Numbered from the stretch's first letter, positions 7,771 through 17,363 are shown. The stretch is DNA of 25,329 nucleotides from Candidatus Scatosoma sp. (GCA_045535685.1 JAZSMB010000159.1:1-25329), one strand, 5' to 3'. The notes: generated by a model from the sequence alone, not told the origin. Numbers and translations are program-made.

Positions 7771-7798
7771 CAATTTAGTGAAGTAAATCGATAAAGTG
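7771..7798. promoter_or_regulatory. Candidate tandem TrpR-family (YerC/HisR) operator
   Basis: CAATTTAGTGAAGTAAATCGATAAAGTG just downstream of the -10; resembles the HisR palindrome recalled as YACTTTANNNNNNTAAAGTR; TAAA half-sites are 8 bp apart. Confidence 0.5.
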
Positions 7799-7822
7799 AA
7801 ATTTACTTCGAAGGAGCAAATT

Positions 7823-8620
7823 ATGAAAAAATTTTTAGCAACTTTATCTTTGGTGTTGGCGATGGTAATGAGTGTGTTTGCATTTGCGAGCTGTAATACC
7901 GCCAAATCTGACGTGAAAGCGGTACAAGACGCAGGTAAGCTGGTTGTAGGCGTGACGATTTACAAACCGATGGACTACATCGACGATGAAACGGGCGAAT
8001 GGACGGGTTTTGATGCGGAACTTGCCGAAATGTTTGCTCAAGAGTTGGGCGTTTCCTGCCAAATCGTTATCATTACTTGGGCGAACAAAGTAGCCGAATT
8101 AAATTCTCGTCAAATTGACCTTGTATGGAACGGTATGACGGCGAGCGAAGAGCTTGGTCAAAATATCGATTTCTCCGTTTCGTATGCGAAAAACGCGCAA
8201 GTAGCCGTGGTAAAAGCGGACAGCGCGATTGCGACGAAAGACCAAGTAAAAAATGCTGAAATTGCTGTAGAACAAGGCAGCGCGGGCGCAGCGGTTGCAG
8301 AAGAAATCGGGGCAACGAGCGTAACGCAGTTGACGGCGCAAGTTGACGCGCTTAACGACGTAAAATCGGGCGAATCGGACGTTGCGATTATCGATATCAC
8401 GATGGCGCAAAGCGTTGTAGGTAAAGGCGAATATGCAAATCTTAAAATCGTAGAAGGTGCAAGCTACGGCGACGAAATTTTTGCGGTTGGTTTGAGAAAA
8501 GGGAGCGACTTAAAAGAACAGCTTGACGCATTCTTAAAGGCAAAATATGCAGACGGCACGATGACGCAGCTTGCTGAAAAATATCAAGTAGGATTAAATA
8601 CCGACGCGCTTTCTAATTAA
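7823..8620 (+). CDS. Polar amino-acid ABC transporter substrate-binding lipoprotein (family 3 SBP)
   Basis: Signal peptide with lipobox FAFASC; GKLVVGVTIYKPMDY, WTGFDAELA, IDLVWNGMT, FSVSYAKNAQV. Start moved to ATG 7823 (SD AAGGAG at 7811-7816). Confidence 0.9.
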   Translation: MKKFLATLSLVLAMVMSVFAFASCNTAKSDVKAVQDAGKLVVGVTIYKPMDYIDDETGEWTGFDAELAEMFAQELGVSCQIVIITWANKVAELNSRQIDLVWNGMTASEELGQNIDFSVSYAKNAQVAVVKADSAIATKDQVKNAEIAVEQGSAGAAVAEEIGATSVTQLTAQVDALNDVKSGESDVAIIDITMAQSVVGKGEYANLKIVEGASYGDEIFAVGLRKGSDLKEQLDAFLKAKYADGTMTQLAEKYQVGLNTDALSN

Positions 8621-8643
8621 TTTAAAAAAGGCAGAACTGTAAA

Positions 8644-9330
8644 ATGGAATTTTTAGAAGTAACTCAGGAGTTATTCACAGGGTTTACGACGTCTGTTTTA
8701 TTGTTTGCTTTCACATTGATATTTGCGTTTCCGTTGGGGCTACTGATATCGTTTTGTACGATGTCTAAGTTTGCCCCTTTGCGCGTTTTTTTCAAATTGA
8801 TCGTTTGGGTTTTGCGCGGAACGCCGTTGATGTTGCAAATATTCGTCATTTTTTATCTCCCTGGACTGCTCAACCTTTTCAACTGGCCGTCTATGAATAC
8901 GGGTTGGACGTGGTTTGATACCACTTTCAGCACTCGCTTTATTGCGGTATTGGTTGCGTTTGCGATCAACTACGCGGCGTATTTTTCGGAAATTTTCCGC
9001 GGCGGAATACAATCGATCCCCAGCGGACAATACGAAGCGGGGCAGGTACTCGGCTTGACAAAAGGTCAAATTTTTGTTAAAATTGTTTTGATGCAGGTGG
9101 TAAAGAGAACCATCCCCCCCATGAGCAATGAAATTATGACGCTCGTTAAGGATACTTCGCTTGCCACGACCATCGGCGTTGTCGAACTTATCTTCCAAGC
9201 GAAAGAATTGATGCTCGACGGGTTGATTTGGCCTTTATTCTACGCAGGCGGGTTCTATTTAATTTTTATCGGCATATTAACCGTTTTACTCGGTTGGGCA
9301 GAAAAGAAACTGTCCTATTATAAGGAGTAA
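8644..9330 (+). CDS. Polar amino-acid ABC transporter permease (HisM/GlnP type)
   Basis: [13 protein letters not shown] loop [35 protein letters not shown]. Confidence 0.92.
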   Translation: MEFLEVTQELFTGFTTSVLLFAFTLIFAFPLGLLISFCTMSKFAPLRVFFKLIVWVLRGTPLMLQIFVIFYLPGLLNLFNWPSMNTGWTWFDTTFSTRFIAVLVAFAINYAAYFSEIFRGGIQSIPSGQYEAGQVLGLTKGQIFVKIVLMQVVKRTIPPMSNEIMTLVKDTSLATTIGVVELIFQAKELMLDGLIWPLFYAGGFYLIFIGILTVLLGWAEKKLSYYKE

Positions 9331-9332
9331 GT

Positions 9333-10133
9333 ATGGCGTTTTTGGAAGTAAAAAACTTACAAAAAAAATTTGGCGAAACGGCGGTGTTGAAAGGCGTTTC
9401 TTTCGAAATGGAAAAGGGCGAAGTGGTATCCGTTATCGGCTCGTCGGGGAATGGCAAAACGACGCTTTTGCGCTGTTTGAATTTCTTGGAAATTGCGGAT
9501 AGCGGCAGCATTACCGTGGACGGCAAAGGGATATTCCCTTTTGCTACGGATAGAAAACAAGCGGATATGCACGCCGACAAACGGCTGACGTTTGGTATGG
9601 TGTTTCAAAACTTTAATTTATTCCCGCAATACACCGCAATGGAAAACGTTACGCTGGCAATGAATACGCGCGCAGAACGGGCGTTAAAACAACAAGGCGT
9701 TCGCTTTTTCGAACGCAAAAAGCAAATGAAAACGTTGCGCGCGGAAAATGAAAAAACGGCAACCGCACTCTTAACGCGCGTGGGGCTTGCGGATAAGCTT
9801 TCTAACTATCCTTGCGAGCTTTCGGGCGGTCAACAACAACGGGTGGCGATTGCGCGCGCTTTGGCACTCTCGCCCGATATTTTGTGTTTTGACGAGCCGA
9901 CCAGCGCACTCGATCCCGAATTGACCGGGGAAGTATTAAAGGTAATAAAGGGTTTGCGCGACGAAGGCAGAACGATGATTATCGTCACGCATGAAATGGA
10001 GTTTGCGCGCAGCGTATCGGATAAAGTGATTTTTATGTCGGACGGAGTGATAGAAGAGATCGGTTCGCCGACGGAAATTTTCGACGCACCGAAAAATGAA
10101 AAAACGAAAGCGTTTTTTGCGAAAGCAAAATAA
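9333..10133 (+). CDS. Polar amino-acid ABC transporter ATPase (GlnQ/HisP type)
   Basis: [49 protein letters not shown]. Confidence 0.93.
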   Translation: MAFLEVKNLQKKFGETAVLKGVSFEMEKGEVVSVIGSSGNGKTTLLRCLNFLEIADSGSITVDGKGIFPFATDRKQADMHADKRLTFGMVFQNFNLFPQYTAMENVTLAMNTRAERALKQQGVRFFERKKQMKTLRAENEKTATALLTRVGLADKLSNYPCELSGGQQQRVAIARALALSPDILCFDEPTSALDPELTGEVLKVIKGLRDEGRTMIIVTHEMEFARSVSDKVIFMSDGVIEEIGSPTEIFDAPKNEKTKAFFAKAK

Positions 10134-10167
10134 AAATAATCGATGATAAAGGATAAGGAGTGGGAAA

Positions 10168-10449
10168 ATGACGTTAAAAAACGACAAAACGATGAAAATG
10201 GAGCTTTGTAAGGCGTTCGTGGCATTGCAAACGGTGGAAGAGGCGGAAAAGTTTTTAGACGATTTGTGTACGATTAAAGAATTAGAAGCGATGAGTCAAC
10301 GCTTGTACGCGGCAAAAATGCTGTTGCAGGGCAAAACGTACAACGAAGTGGTGGAAGAAACGGATATTTCTTCTGCAACGCTGGCAAGAGTCTCCAAATG
10401 CGTGCGCTACGGCGACGGTGGGTATGAGGACGTTATAAAAAAATTATAA
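10168..10449 (+). CDS. TrpR-like repressor, YerC/YecD family (HisR-like)
   Basis: FLDDLCTIKELEAMSQRLYAAKMLLQGKTYNEVVEETDISSATLARVSKCVRYGDGGY is the YerC signature; SD AAGGAG. Confidence 0.88.
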   Translation: MTLKNDKTMKMELCKAFVALQTVEEAEKFLDDLCTIKELEAMSQRLYAAKMLLQGKTYNEVVEETDISSATLARVSKCVRYGDGGYEDVIKKL

Positions 10450-10457
10450 TACGTGGG

Positions 10458-10493
10458 ATAGGCGAACGGAAAAACACCGTTCGCTTATTTTTT
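10458..10493 (+). terminator. Intrinsic terminator after the yerC-like gene
   Basis: GCGAACGG-AAAAACA-CCGTTCGC followed by TTATTTTTT. Confidence 0.75.
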
Positions 10494-10556
10494 GCTTGCC
10501 AAGAAAGGGTTTACTGCAATCGGCAAAAGGACTTTTAAGAAATTTTGTGAAATGTA

Positions 10557-10585
10557 GTGACTTTTGATAAAGGATATGGTATAAT
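10557..10585 (+). promoter_or_regulatory. Extended -10 promoter for the yhcH-like operon
   Basis: TGG-TATAAT (10577-10585) with GTGACT at the -35 position, 17 nt upstream. Confidence 0.55.
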
Positions 10586-10682
10586 AGAAACGTAAACGAA
10601 AGCTTGCGTGTATTGCGAACGAAATATGTCAACAATAAGCATAGCGGACGGAAAACGAAGCTGATTAAACAGGAGAAATACT

Positions 10683-11132
10683 ATGATTAAAATTACAAGT
10701 TATCAAGAACTGCCCCAATATTTTAACGTTCCGCAAGCCGCGCTTGATTTTTTAGCGAGTGCGAACAAGGATACGGCGTGCGGTAAATACGTTTTTAGCG
10801 ACGATTGTTTTATCAACGTCATCACGGTAGAAACAACGAAAGACGCTACGAAAATGATGGAAGCGCACGTTCAATTTGTGGACGTACAATTTATGTTGGA
10901 CGGCGAAGAAAAAATTTATTATACGGATAAAACGCCTTTAAAGCTTGGGCAAGAATACGACGAAAAGAAAGACCGTTCGTTCTATCAATGGACGAGCGCG
11001 GACGAGGTTACGTATAAAACGGGCGAAGGGGTAGTACTCTATCCTATCGAGGCGCACTTGCCCGGTTGCGCGGTGAACGACGCGAAAACCATCAAAAAAG
11101 CGGTTATTAAAATCCGCTACGAAAACAAGTAA
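10683..11132 (+). CDS. YhcH/YjgK/YiaL family protein (DUF386; NanQ/TabA-like)
   Basis: MEAHVQFVDVQFMLDGEEKI, EYDEKKDRSF, LYPIEAHLPGC, IKKAVIKI; SD AGGAG. Confidence 0.88.
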   Translation: MIKITSYQELPQYFNVPQAALDFLASANKDTACGKYVFSDDCFINVITVETTKDATKMMEAHVQFVDVQFMLDGEEKIYYTDKTPLKLGQEYDEKKDRSFYQWTSADEVTYKTGEGVVLYPIEAHLPGCAVNDAKTIKKAVIKIRYENK

Positions 11133-11153
11133 AAAACAAAAAACGGGGTAGGC

Positions 11154-11840
11154 ATGTACGGAAATACTTTGCTTGACAAACTGGATAGAAAGCTGGGACG
11201 GTACGCCATTAGAAACCTGATGAATATTATCGTAATCGGGACGGCGCTCGTTTGGCTTTTGGATACGGCGGTATATACGGCTACGCAATTCAGCGTATCC
11301 GCGTATCTGTATTTTGATAAATCGTTGATTTTGCAAGGGCAAATTTGGCGCGTTTTAACGTTCGTATTTATGCCTCAGCAATGGAGCTTGTTCACTTTTG
11401 CCGTATCCATGTATTTTTACTGGCTGATAGGTAATTCGTTGGAAAACGAGTGGGGGTCGTTTAAGTTTAACGCATTCTATTTTTGCGGAGTGCTTTGTTC
11501 GATCGGCTCGGGTTTTATCACGGGGTACGCAACGACCGAATATTTGCATTTATCGTTGTTTTTGGCGTTTGCAATTTTATATCCCGACCATCAAGTTTTG
11601 CTGTTTTTCTTTATTCCTATCAAAATGAAATGGCTGGCTTTCATTGATATCATCGGCTTGACGGTCATTTTCATTTTTTCAGGTTGGACGGCGCGCATTG
11701 CCCTGCTCGTTGCGTTATTGAATATCGCTCTGTTCTTTTGGCGGTATCCTATCCAAAAAATCAACGCGTGGCGCAGAAGGCGCAAATGGAAAAAGCAAAC
11801 GCAAAGAAACAACGATAACGATTATCCGTTTGATTTATAA
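11154..11840 (+). CDS. Rhomboid-superfamily membrane protein, Derlin-like (no catalytic GxSG seen)
   Basis: GQIWRVLTFVF (WR motif), IGNSLENEWGSFKFNAFY, LYPDHQVLLFFFIPIKMKWL; about 6 TM segments. Confidence 0.65.
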   Translation: MYGNTLLDKLDRKLGRYAIRNLMNIIVIGTALVWLLDTAVYTATQFSVSAYLYFDKSLILQGQIWRVLTFVFMPQQWSLFTFAVSMYFYWLIGNSLENEWGSFKFNAFYFCGVLCSIGSGFITGYATTEYLHLSLFLAFAILYPDHQVLLFFFIPIKMKWLAFIDIIGLTVIFIFSGWTARIALLVALLNIALFFWRYPIQKINAWRRRRKWKKQTQRNNDNDYPFDL

Positions 11841-11848
11841 AGAAACTT

Positions 11849-12835
11849 ATGAGAAGAAATTACGATAGAAAAAATGATAAAGGGCGGGGGCAGGTACGCG
11901 ATGAACGCAAGTCCGCGCCCGTATATACGGCAACGTATAAGGTGGGGTACAGCGATACTTTGCTTGCGTTTTTATTAAAAAAATGCGCCACTTCGCGCAA
12001 TAACGTAAAAACGCTGCTTGCGAAACGCCAAGTGCTTGTCAACGGCGGTGTGGTTACGCAATTCGATTTTCCGCTTGCCAAAGACGACGAAGTGAAAATT
12101 GCCAAAACGTCGGTACAAGGGGGAGTAACTACTACGCGCAAACCGCCGAGAAAAACAACCGCGGCGAGCAAACCCGCGCAACCCAAAGTGGTAAAAATCA
12201 TTTTCGAAGACGACGATTTTTTGGCGATTGACAAGCCTGCGGGGCTGTTGTCGGTGGAAAGTGACAAAGACACCGAAAGCGCGTACTTTTACGCGGCGGA
12301 ATATCTGGCTGCGCAGGGCAAGAACGTGCGTCCGTACGTATTGCACCGTATCGATAAGGAAACGAGCGGCGTACTCGTGTTTGCGAAAAATATCAAACTG
12401 CATTCTATGCTGAAAATGCATTGGAACGAGCTGGTATCTTTGCGCGAATATTACGCGGTTGCCGAAGGGGTTTTCGAGCAAAAAACGGGCACGATTATTT
12501 CGTATTTAAAAGAAAATAAAAACAATTTGACCTATTCGACCAGCGATCCGACGGGGCAAAAGGCGATTACGCATTATGAAGTGCAAAAGGAAACGCCCGA
12601 TTATTCGCTTGTGCGTGTAAAAATCGATACGGGCAGAAAAAACCAAATCCGCGTGCATTTAAAAGAAAAGGGACACTCGATCGTGGGGGACGATAAGTAC
12701 GGACATACGAAAAACCCGTTAGAGCGTTTGGGTTTGCACGCCTCCGCGCTGGAATTTATGCACCCGATCACCAAGGAAATTATGTCCTTTCGCGCGCCGT
12801 TGCCGCCTGCCTTTCGAACGCTGTTCCAAAAATAA
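11849..12835 (+). CDS. RluA/RluC/RluD-family pseudouridine synthase with S4-like domain
   Basis: S4-like LLAKRQVLVNG, IDKPAGLLS, catalytic HRIDKETSG, DTGRKNQIRVH, IVGDDKYG, LHA. Confidence 0.93.
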   Translation: MRRNYDRKNDKGRGQVRDERKSAPVYTATYKVGYSDTLLAFLLKKCATSRNNVKTLLAKRQVLVNGGVVTQFDFPLAKDDEVKIAKTSVQGGVTTTRKPPRKTTAASKPAQPKVVKIIFEDDDFLAIDKPAGLLSVESDKDTESAYFYAAEYLAAQGKNVRPYVLHRIDKETSGVLVFAKNIKLHSMLKMHWNELVSLREYYAVAEGVFEQKTGTIISYLKENKNNLTYSTSDPTGQKAITHYEVQKETPDYSLVRVKIDTGRKNQIRVHLKEKGHSIVGDDKYGHTKNPLERLGLHASALEFMHPITKEIMSFRAPLPPAFRTLFQK

Positions 12836-12868
12836 CGATATACCCTCCAAACGATAGAAAACCGCACG

Positions 12869-12895
12869 ACCGCGAATATTTTTTCGCGGTTTTTT
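12869..12895 (+). terminator. Intrinsic terminator after the pseudouridine synthase
   Basis: ACCGCGAA-TATTTT-TTCGCGGT followed by TTTTT. Confidence 0.75.
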
Positions 12896-12926
12896 ATTTT
12901 TATAAAATAAATACCGTTTCAATTTC

Positions 12927-12955
12927 TTGATTTTCTTCGCGGTATATGCTATAAT
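12927..12955 (+). promoter_or_regulatory. sigmaA promoter with extended -10
   Basis: TTGATT (12927-12932), 17-nt spacer, TATAAT (12950-12955), TG at 12947-12948. Confidence 0.7.
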
Positions 12956-12998
12956 ACCCTTGCACGATTTCGTTGCAGTTTTTTAGGAGTACAAAAAA

Positions 12999-15023
12999 AT
13001 GATGGAAAATTACGTAAAAGGTATTTCAATTGTCAATCCCGACGAAGTAGAAAGAGAATATTTGCTTTATTGTATGCGTTACGCGGTAAAATACGGCTAT
13101 AACCACGTACAACTCACAGGCCCGATTCACGATCCCGTGAAAGGGAATATCGACGGTATGACGCCCAACCGTAAATACGCGCAATTCAATAACGAAAAGG
13201 ATATGGATTACGTCAATATGTGTATGGAAGTCGTCAACGAGGCGCTGGAAATCACACACGCGGCAGGCGTAAAAACGTACATGTGGCACCACGAGTTGGA
13301 TTTGCCCTACGCATTTGGGAAAGCGTTCCCCGAAGTTTTAAACGAAAACGGGGATATCGAAGTATCGCACCCCATCGTAAAAGATTATTTAGAGCATAAA
13401 ATTATCGACTTTTTCGCGGCGTATCCGAAGATGGACGGCGTTATTTTGACGTTACACGAAACGAAAATTCCGCTTTTGAAATTAAAAAACCAAAAGCTGG
13501 ATAAAATCGCGCGCGTTAAACTCGTAACCAAAACGTTGTACGATCAATGCAAAGCACTTGGCAAAGAGTTAATCGTGCGTCCCTTTGCGTCGGTTGCGGA
13601 AGATCAACAAATGATGCTCAAAGCGTACGAAGAAATTTCGCCGGAAATGATGGTTATGGACAAGTGGACGAAGTTCGACTGGTCGCTTTCCTTGCCTGAT
13701 AACGATTTCTTTAAAGAAATCACGGGAAATCCGTTCATCGTAGAAGGGGACGTGTTTGGCGAATACTTTGGCAAAGGCAAACTTCCCATTATGTTTAGAG
13801 AACATATCGTACATAAATACCACTATTGCAACGAATTCCCTCATCACGGTTTCGTATTGCGCGTGGATAGAGACTATTCGCACCCGTTCGATAGCGTAAA
13901 CGAATCCAATTTAATCGTCACGTATGCACTTCTCAACGGCAAAAACGTGGACGAAGAGCTTGACAAATTTTTCGCTGACCGCTACGGCAAAGCAGGCAAA
14001 GCGGTGCGCGATATTATGGAAAAGACGGAAGAAAACCAAAAGAAGATTTTCTATCTCAACGGTTATTACTTCACGCAAGGCAGTAACTTCCCCGAAGTCA
14101 ACCACGTAAAAAACCATTTCTTGTTCGAAATTATGAAAGACAAATGCGAAATCGCCTCGGGCGAATGGTTTATCCCCATCGGTTGGCAACGCGGCAGCAT
14201 TGAAAGTTTATTGCAAGAAAAACAAGAAGCTGCGCAAGAAGCAGCGCAATTATTTGCCGACGTTCAAGCGTTGAAAGGTCAAATGAGCGATACCGAGTAT
14301 CAAAAACTCTACGTTAAGTTTAGAAACCTCGATTTGGTTGCAAAACTTTGGAAGGAGCTTGCCTATACGCTGTTTGCATATACCAAATATTTCGAAACGG
14401 GCGAAAGTAAATACGAAACCGATTTGCGTGCTTGCGTAGAAACGATCGACGCAATCAACGCGGAAGGCAAAGCGGAGCTTGGCGAGCAGTATTATAACTT
14501 CTACGGCGCGTGCGGACATCTTGCAGGCAAAGACAAGACGGACAGCGATTTTACCGCCGTATTGATGGAATGTTTCGAAGCGGAAAAGGCAGCGTTTGTG
14601 GCTATGCAAAAGCGCACCGACCTCGTCGATTATATCCTTTGCGGCAGCGCTTGCGAAGGGCATAAACTTATGAAAGAAGTCAACTTTAGCGACACGCTGC
14701 TCCTTGACGGCGAACAATGCCGCATCCCCGGCAACCGCGCGGGTATGAAGTGGAGCCAAATCAACGCGCACGGCTGGTTCTCGTACGAAGTAAAGACGGT
14801 AAAGGGCAAAGAAAATAAAATTACGCTTACGTTTGCAAGCGCAACGCCTACGCTCAACGTACAAGTGACCGTGGGCGACAAAGTATATACCGTCCGCGAA
14901 GATATTACGGGCAAGAAAGAATTTACGTTTGCGCATCAAGCGGACAGCGATAGCGTTCGTATCCGCATCGATAAAACGGACGCGAACACGCCGCTCCTTT
15001 ATACCGTCACGGTCAAAGCGTAA
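12999..15023 (+). CDS. Large cytoplasmic protein, putative glycoside hydrolase (TIM-barrel-like N-terminus, helical middle, DUF6805-like beta-sandwich C-terminus)
   Basis: 674 aa, SD AGGAG, no signal peptide. Barrel-like motifs GYNHVQL, THAAGVKTYMW, YPKMDGVILTLHET, IVEGDVFGEYFG. The C-terminal ...RIPGN...GWFSYEVK...ITLTF resembles DUF6805. The CDS is solid; the function is tentative. Confidence 0.5.
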   Translation: MMENYVKGISIVNPDEVEREYLLYCMRYAVKYGYNHVQLTGPIHDPVKGNIDGMTPNRKYAQFNNEKDMDYVNMCMEVVNEALEITHAAGVKTYMWHHELDLPYAFGKAFPEVLNENGDIEVSHPIVKDYLEHKIIDFFAAYPKMDGVILTLHETKIPLLKLKNQKLDKIARVKLVTKTLYDQCKALGKELIVRPFASVAEDQQMMLKAYEEISPEMMVMDKWTKFDWSLSLPDNDFFKEITGNPFIVEGDVFGEYFGKGKLPIMFREHIVHKYHYCNEFPHHGFVLRVDRDYSHPFDSVNESNLIVTYALLNGKNVDEELDKFFADRYGKAGKAVRDIMEKTEENQKKIFYLNGYYFTQGSNFPEVNHVKNHFLFEIMKDKCEIASGEWFIPIGWQRGSIESLLQEKQEAAQEAAQLFADVQALKGQMSDTEYQKLYVKFRNLDLVAKLWKELAYTLFAYTKYFETGESKYETDLRACVETIDAINAEGKAELGEQYYNFYGACGHLAGKDKTDSDFTAVLMECFEAEKAAFVAMQKRTDLVDYILCGSACEGHKLMKEVNFSDTLLLDGEQCRIPGNRAGMKWSQINAHGWFSYEVKTVKGKENKITLTFASATPTLNVQVTVGDKVYTVREDITGKKEFTFAHQADSDSVRIRIDKTDANTPLLYTVTVKA

Positions 15024-15070
15024 ATTTTATCCACGGAGAAAAACCTTTTATAGCAAGGAAAATATACAAA

Positions 15071-16786
15071 ATGAAAGAATTGATGTTAACCAACCAAGCG
15101 ATTGCGCGCGGCGCGTGGGAAGCGGGGGTAAAAGTGCTTTCCGCTTATCCCGGTACGCCCAGCACGGAAATCGCGGAAAATTTCGCAAAAATGAGTGATA
15201 TCTACGCGGAATGGGCACCGAATGAAAAAGTAGCGGTAGAAGTAGCAATCGGCGCGTCCGTCGCAGGCGCGCGCGCAATGGCGTGTATGAAACACGTGGG
15301 CTTGAACGTAGCGGCAGATCCGCTGTTTACGGCGGCGTATACGGGCGTAAACGCAGGGCTCGTAATCGTCGTTGCGGACGATCCGGGTATGCATTCTTCG
15401 CAAAACGAACAAGACTCGCGCTACTATGCAAAAAGCGCGCATATTCCTATGCTCGAACCCTCGTCGGCAGGAGAAGCGAAAGAATTTATGAAACTCGCGT
15501 ACGAATGGAGTGAACAATACGACACACCCGTTTTATTACGCGTAACGACGAGAGTAGCGCACTCGCACGGAATCGTAGAGCTTGGCGAAAGAAACGAAAC
15601 GGAAAACAAGCCGTATCAAAAAGATATCGCCAAATACGTATGTATGCCTGCGAACGCCATCAAACGCCACGTCGCGGTGGAAGCACGCGAAAAAGCGTTT
15701 GCGCAGATGGTCAACACCGCACCTATCAACGTTGCTCAATATACGAGCGAAAACGAAATCGGCGTCGTTTGCGCAGGCGTGGTTTACGAATACGTAAAAG
15801 AGGCGTTGCCGACGGCGAACGTATTTAAAGTAGGCACTCCCTACCCGCTCCCCGTGCAAGCGATTGAAAATTTTGCGAAAAAAGTTAAAAAACTCTACGT
15901 CATTGAAGAATTAGAACCGTTTATGGAAGAAACGCTCAAAACAGCGGGGATTGCTTGCGAAGGCAAGTCGATTTTCTCGTTGCAAGGCGAACTTTCCGTT
16001 TTAAAAATTGCGGAAAAATTCGGCGAAGTACAACAAAGTGAAACGCCCATGCAAGTGCCTGCCCGTCCTCCCGTAATGTGCGCGGGTTGTCCGCATAGAG
16101 GGGTGTTTTACGTACTCAATAAGTTAAAACTCACCGTAAACGGGGACATCGGCTGTTATACGCTGGGCGCGGTTGCGCCTTTGTCGGCGGTGGATACCGT
16201 GGTATGTATGGGTGCGTCGGTAGGTATGGCGCACGGATTTAAGAAAGCGACTGGCGGTGAAAGTAATAACGTAGCGGTGATCGGCGACTCGACCTTTTTA
16301 CATAGCGGCGTGACGGGGCTTATCAACGCGGTGTATAACCAAAGCGGCATTACGCTTATGATTTTGGATAACTCGACGACGGGTATGACGGGGCATCAAC
16401 AACATCCCGCAACGGGCAAGAATATCAAAGGCGAACCTGCGCCCATCGTGCTTTTGGACGAACTTGTGAAAGCGTGCGGCGTGAACGATTTGCAAATCGT
16501 GGACGCGTACGACGTAGCAGCGGTGGAAAAAGCGGTTAAGGCGGCGGTTGCGTCCAAAGAAGTGAGCGTCATCATCGCGCAAAGACCTTGCGCGCTTTTG
16601 GATAAGAGTAAAAAACCCACCGTTTGCGTGCACGATTGTAAAAAGTGCGGTAAGTGTATGAAAATCGGCTGTCCTGCGATTAGCATGGGCGAAAACGGTA
16701 TCGTAATCGACAAATCCATGTGCGTGGGCTGCGAAGTATGTTCGCAAATTTGCCCTTTCCATTGCATCGAAAAGGAGGCGAATTGA
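15071..16786 (+). CDS. iorA: Indolepyruvate:ferredoxin oxidoreductase alpha subunit
   Basis: YPGTPSTEI, KHVGLNVAADP, DDPGMHSSQNEQD, CAGCPHRG, TPP motif IGDSTFLHSG...DNSTTGMTG, C-terminal 2x[4Fe-4S] motifs CKKCGKC...CP and CVGCEVC...CP. Confidence 0.95.
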   Translation: MKELMLTNQAIARGAWEAGVKVLSAYPGTPSTEIAENFAKMSDIYAEWAPNEKVAVEVAIGASVAGARAMACMKHVGLNVAADPLFTAAYTGVNAGLVIVVADDPGMHSSQNEQDSRYYAKSAHIPMLEPSSAGEAKEFMKLAYEWSEQYDTPVLLRVTTRVAHSHGIVELGERNETENKPYQKDIAKYVCMPANAIKRHVAVEAREKAFAQMVNTAPINVAQYTSENEIGVVCAGVVYEYVKEALPTANVFKVGTPYPLPVQAIENFAKKVKKLYVIEELEPFMEETLKTAGIACEGKSIFSLQGELSVLKIAEKFGEVQQSETPMQVPARPPVMCAGCPHRGVFYVLNKLKLTVNGDIGCYTLGAVAPLSAVDTVVCMGASVGMAHGFKKATGGESNNVAVIGDSTFLHSGVTGLINAVYNQSGITLMILDNSTTGMTGHQQHPATGKNIKGEPAPIVLLDELVKACGVNDLQIVDAYDVAAVEKAVKAAVASKEVSVIIAQRPCALLDKSKKPTVCVHDCKKCGKCMKIGCPAISMGENGIVIDKSMCVGCEVCSQICPFHCIEKEAN

Positions 16787-16787
16787 T

Positions 16788-17363
16788 ATGTTGAATATTC
16801 TCATCTCCGGCGTAGGCGGTCAAGGGACTTTGCTTGCCAGCCGTGTATTTGGTAAATACGCGTTGCTGTGCGGAATGGATTGTAAGTTAAGTGAAATCCA
16901 CGGTATGAGCCAACGCGGCGGCAGCGTGACGACGCACGTGCGTATGGGCGAAAAAGTGTATTCTCCCGTCGTTTGGGAAGGGGGCGCGGACGTAATTTTG
17001 GCGTTTGAAACGTTGGAAGCGGCGCGTGTAAAGCACTTTTTAAAAGACGGCGGAACGCTCCTTGTCAACGAAGAGAAAATTTTACCGATGCCCTGTATCA
17101 CGGGCGCGGCGAAATACCCCGAAAACTTAAAAGAAACGTTGCTTTTAGAAAAAGGCGTGCGGTTTGTCAACGCGCGTGAACTTGCAAAACAAGCAGGCAG
17201 CGAAAAGGCGACCAACGTGGTTATGATCGGCGCGGCTTGCGCTTGTTGCAATATGGACAAAGACAAAATGGAACAAGCGATTTTATCTTGCGTGCCTGAA
17301 AAATTCAAAGCATTAAATTTACAAGCGTTGCGCTTGGGTTATCAAGCGGCGCAAGAAAATTAA
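16788..17363 (+). CDS. iorB: Indolepyruvate:ferredoxin oxidoreductase beta subunit
   Basis: GVGGQGTLLAS, SEIHGMSQRGGSV, NVVMIGA; starts 1 nt after iorA. Confidence 0.93.
   Translation: MLNILISGVGGQGTLLASRVFGKYALLCGMDCKLSEIHGMSQRGGSVTTHVRMGEKVYSPVVWEGGADVILAFETLEAARVKHFLKDGGTLLVNEEKILPMPCITGAAKYPENLKETLLLEKGVRFVNARELAKQAGSEKATNVVMIGAACACCNMDKDKMEQAILSCVPEKFKALNLQALRLGYQAAQEN

Noticed and set aside
14250-14939. 229-aa minus-strand ORF (and other long antisense ORFs such as 4718-5248, 11975-12481, 16298-16804, 16820-17308)
   Set aside because: They lie fully opposite well-supported + strand genes, have no recognisable motifs or SD, and are typical antisense shadows.
15027-15035. DnaA-box-like TTATCCACG before iorA
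   Set aside because: Single copy with one mismatch to TTATCCACA; no box cluster or origin context.
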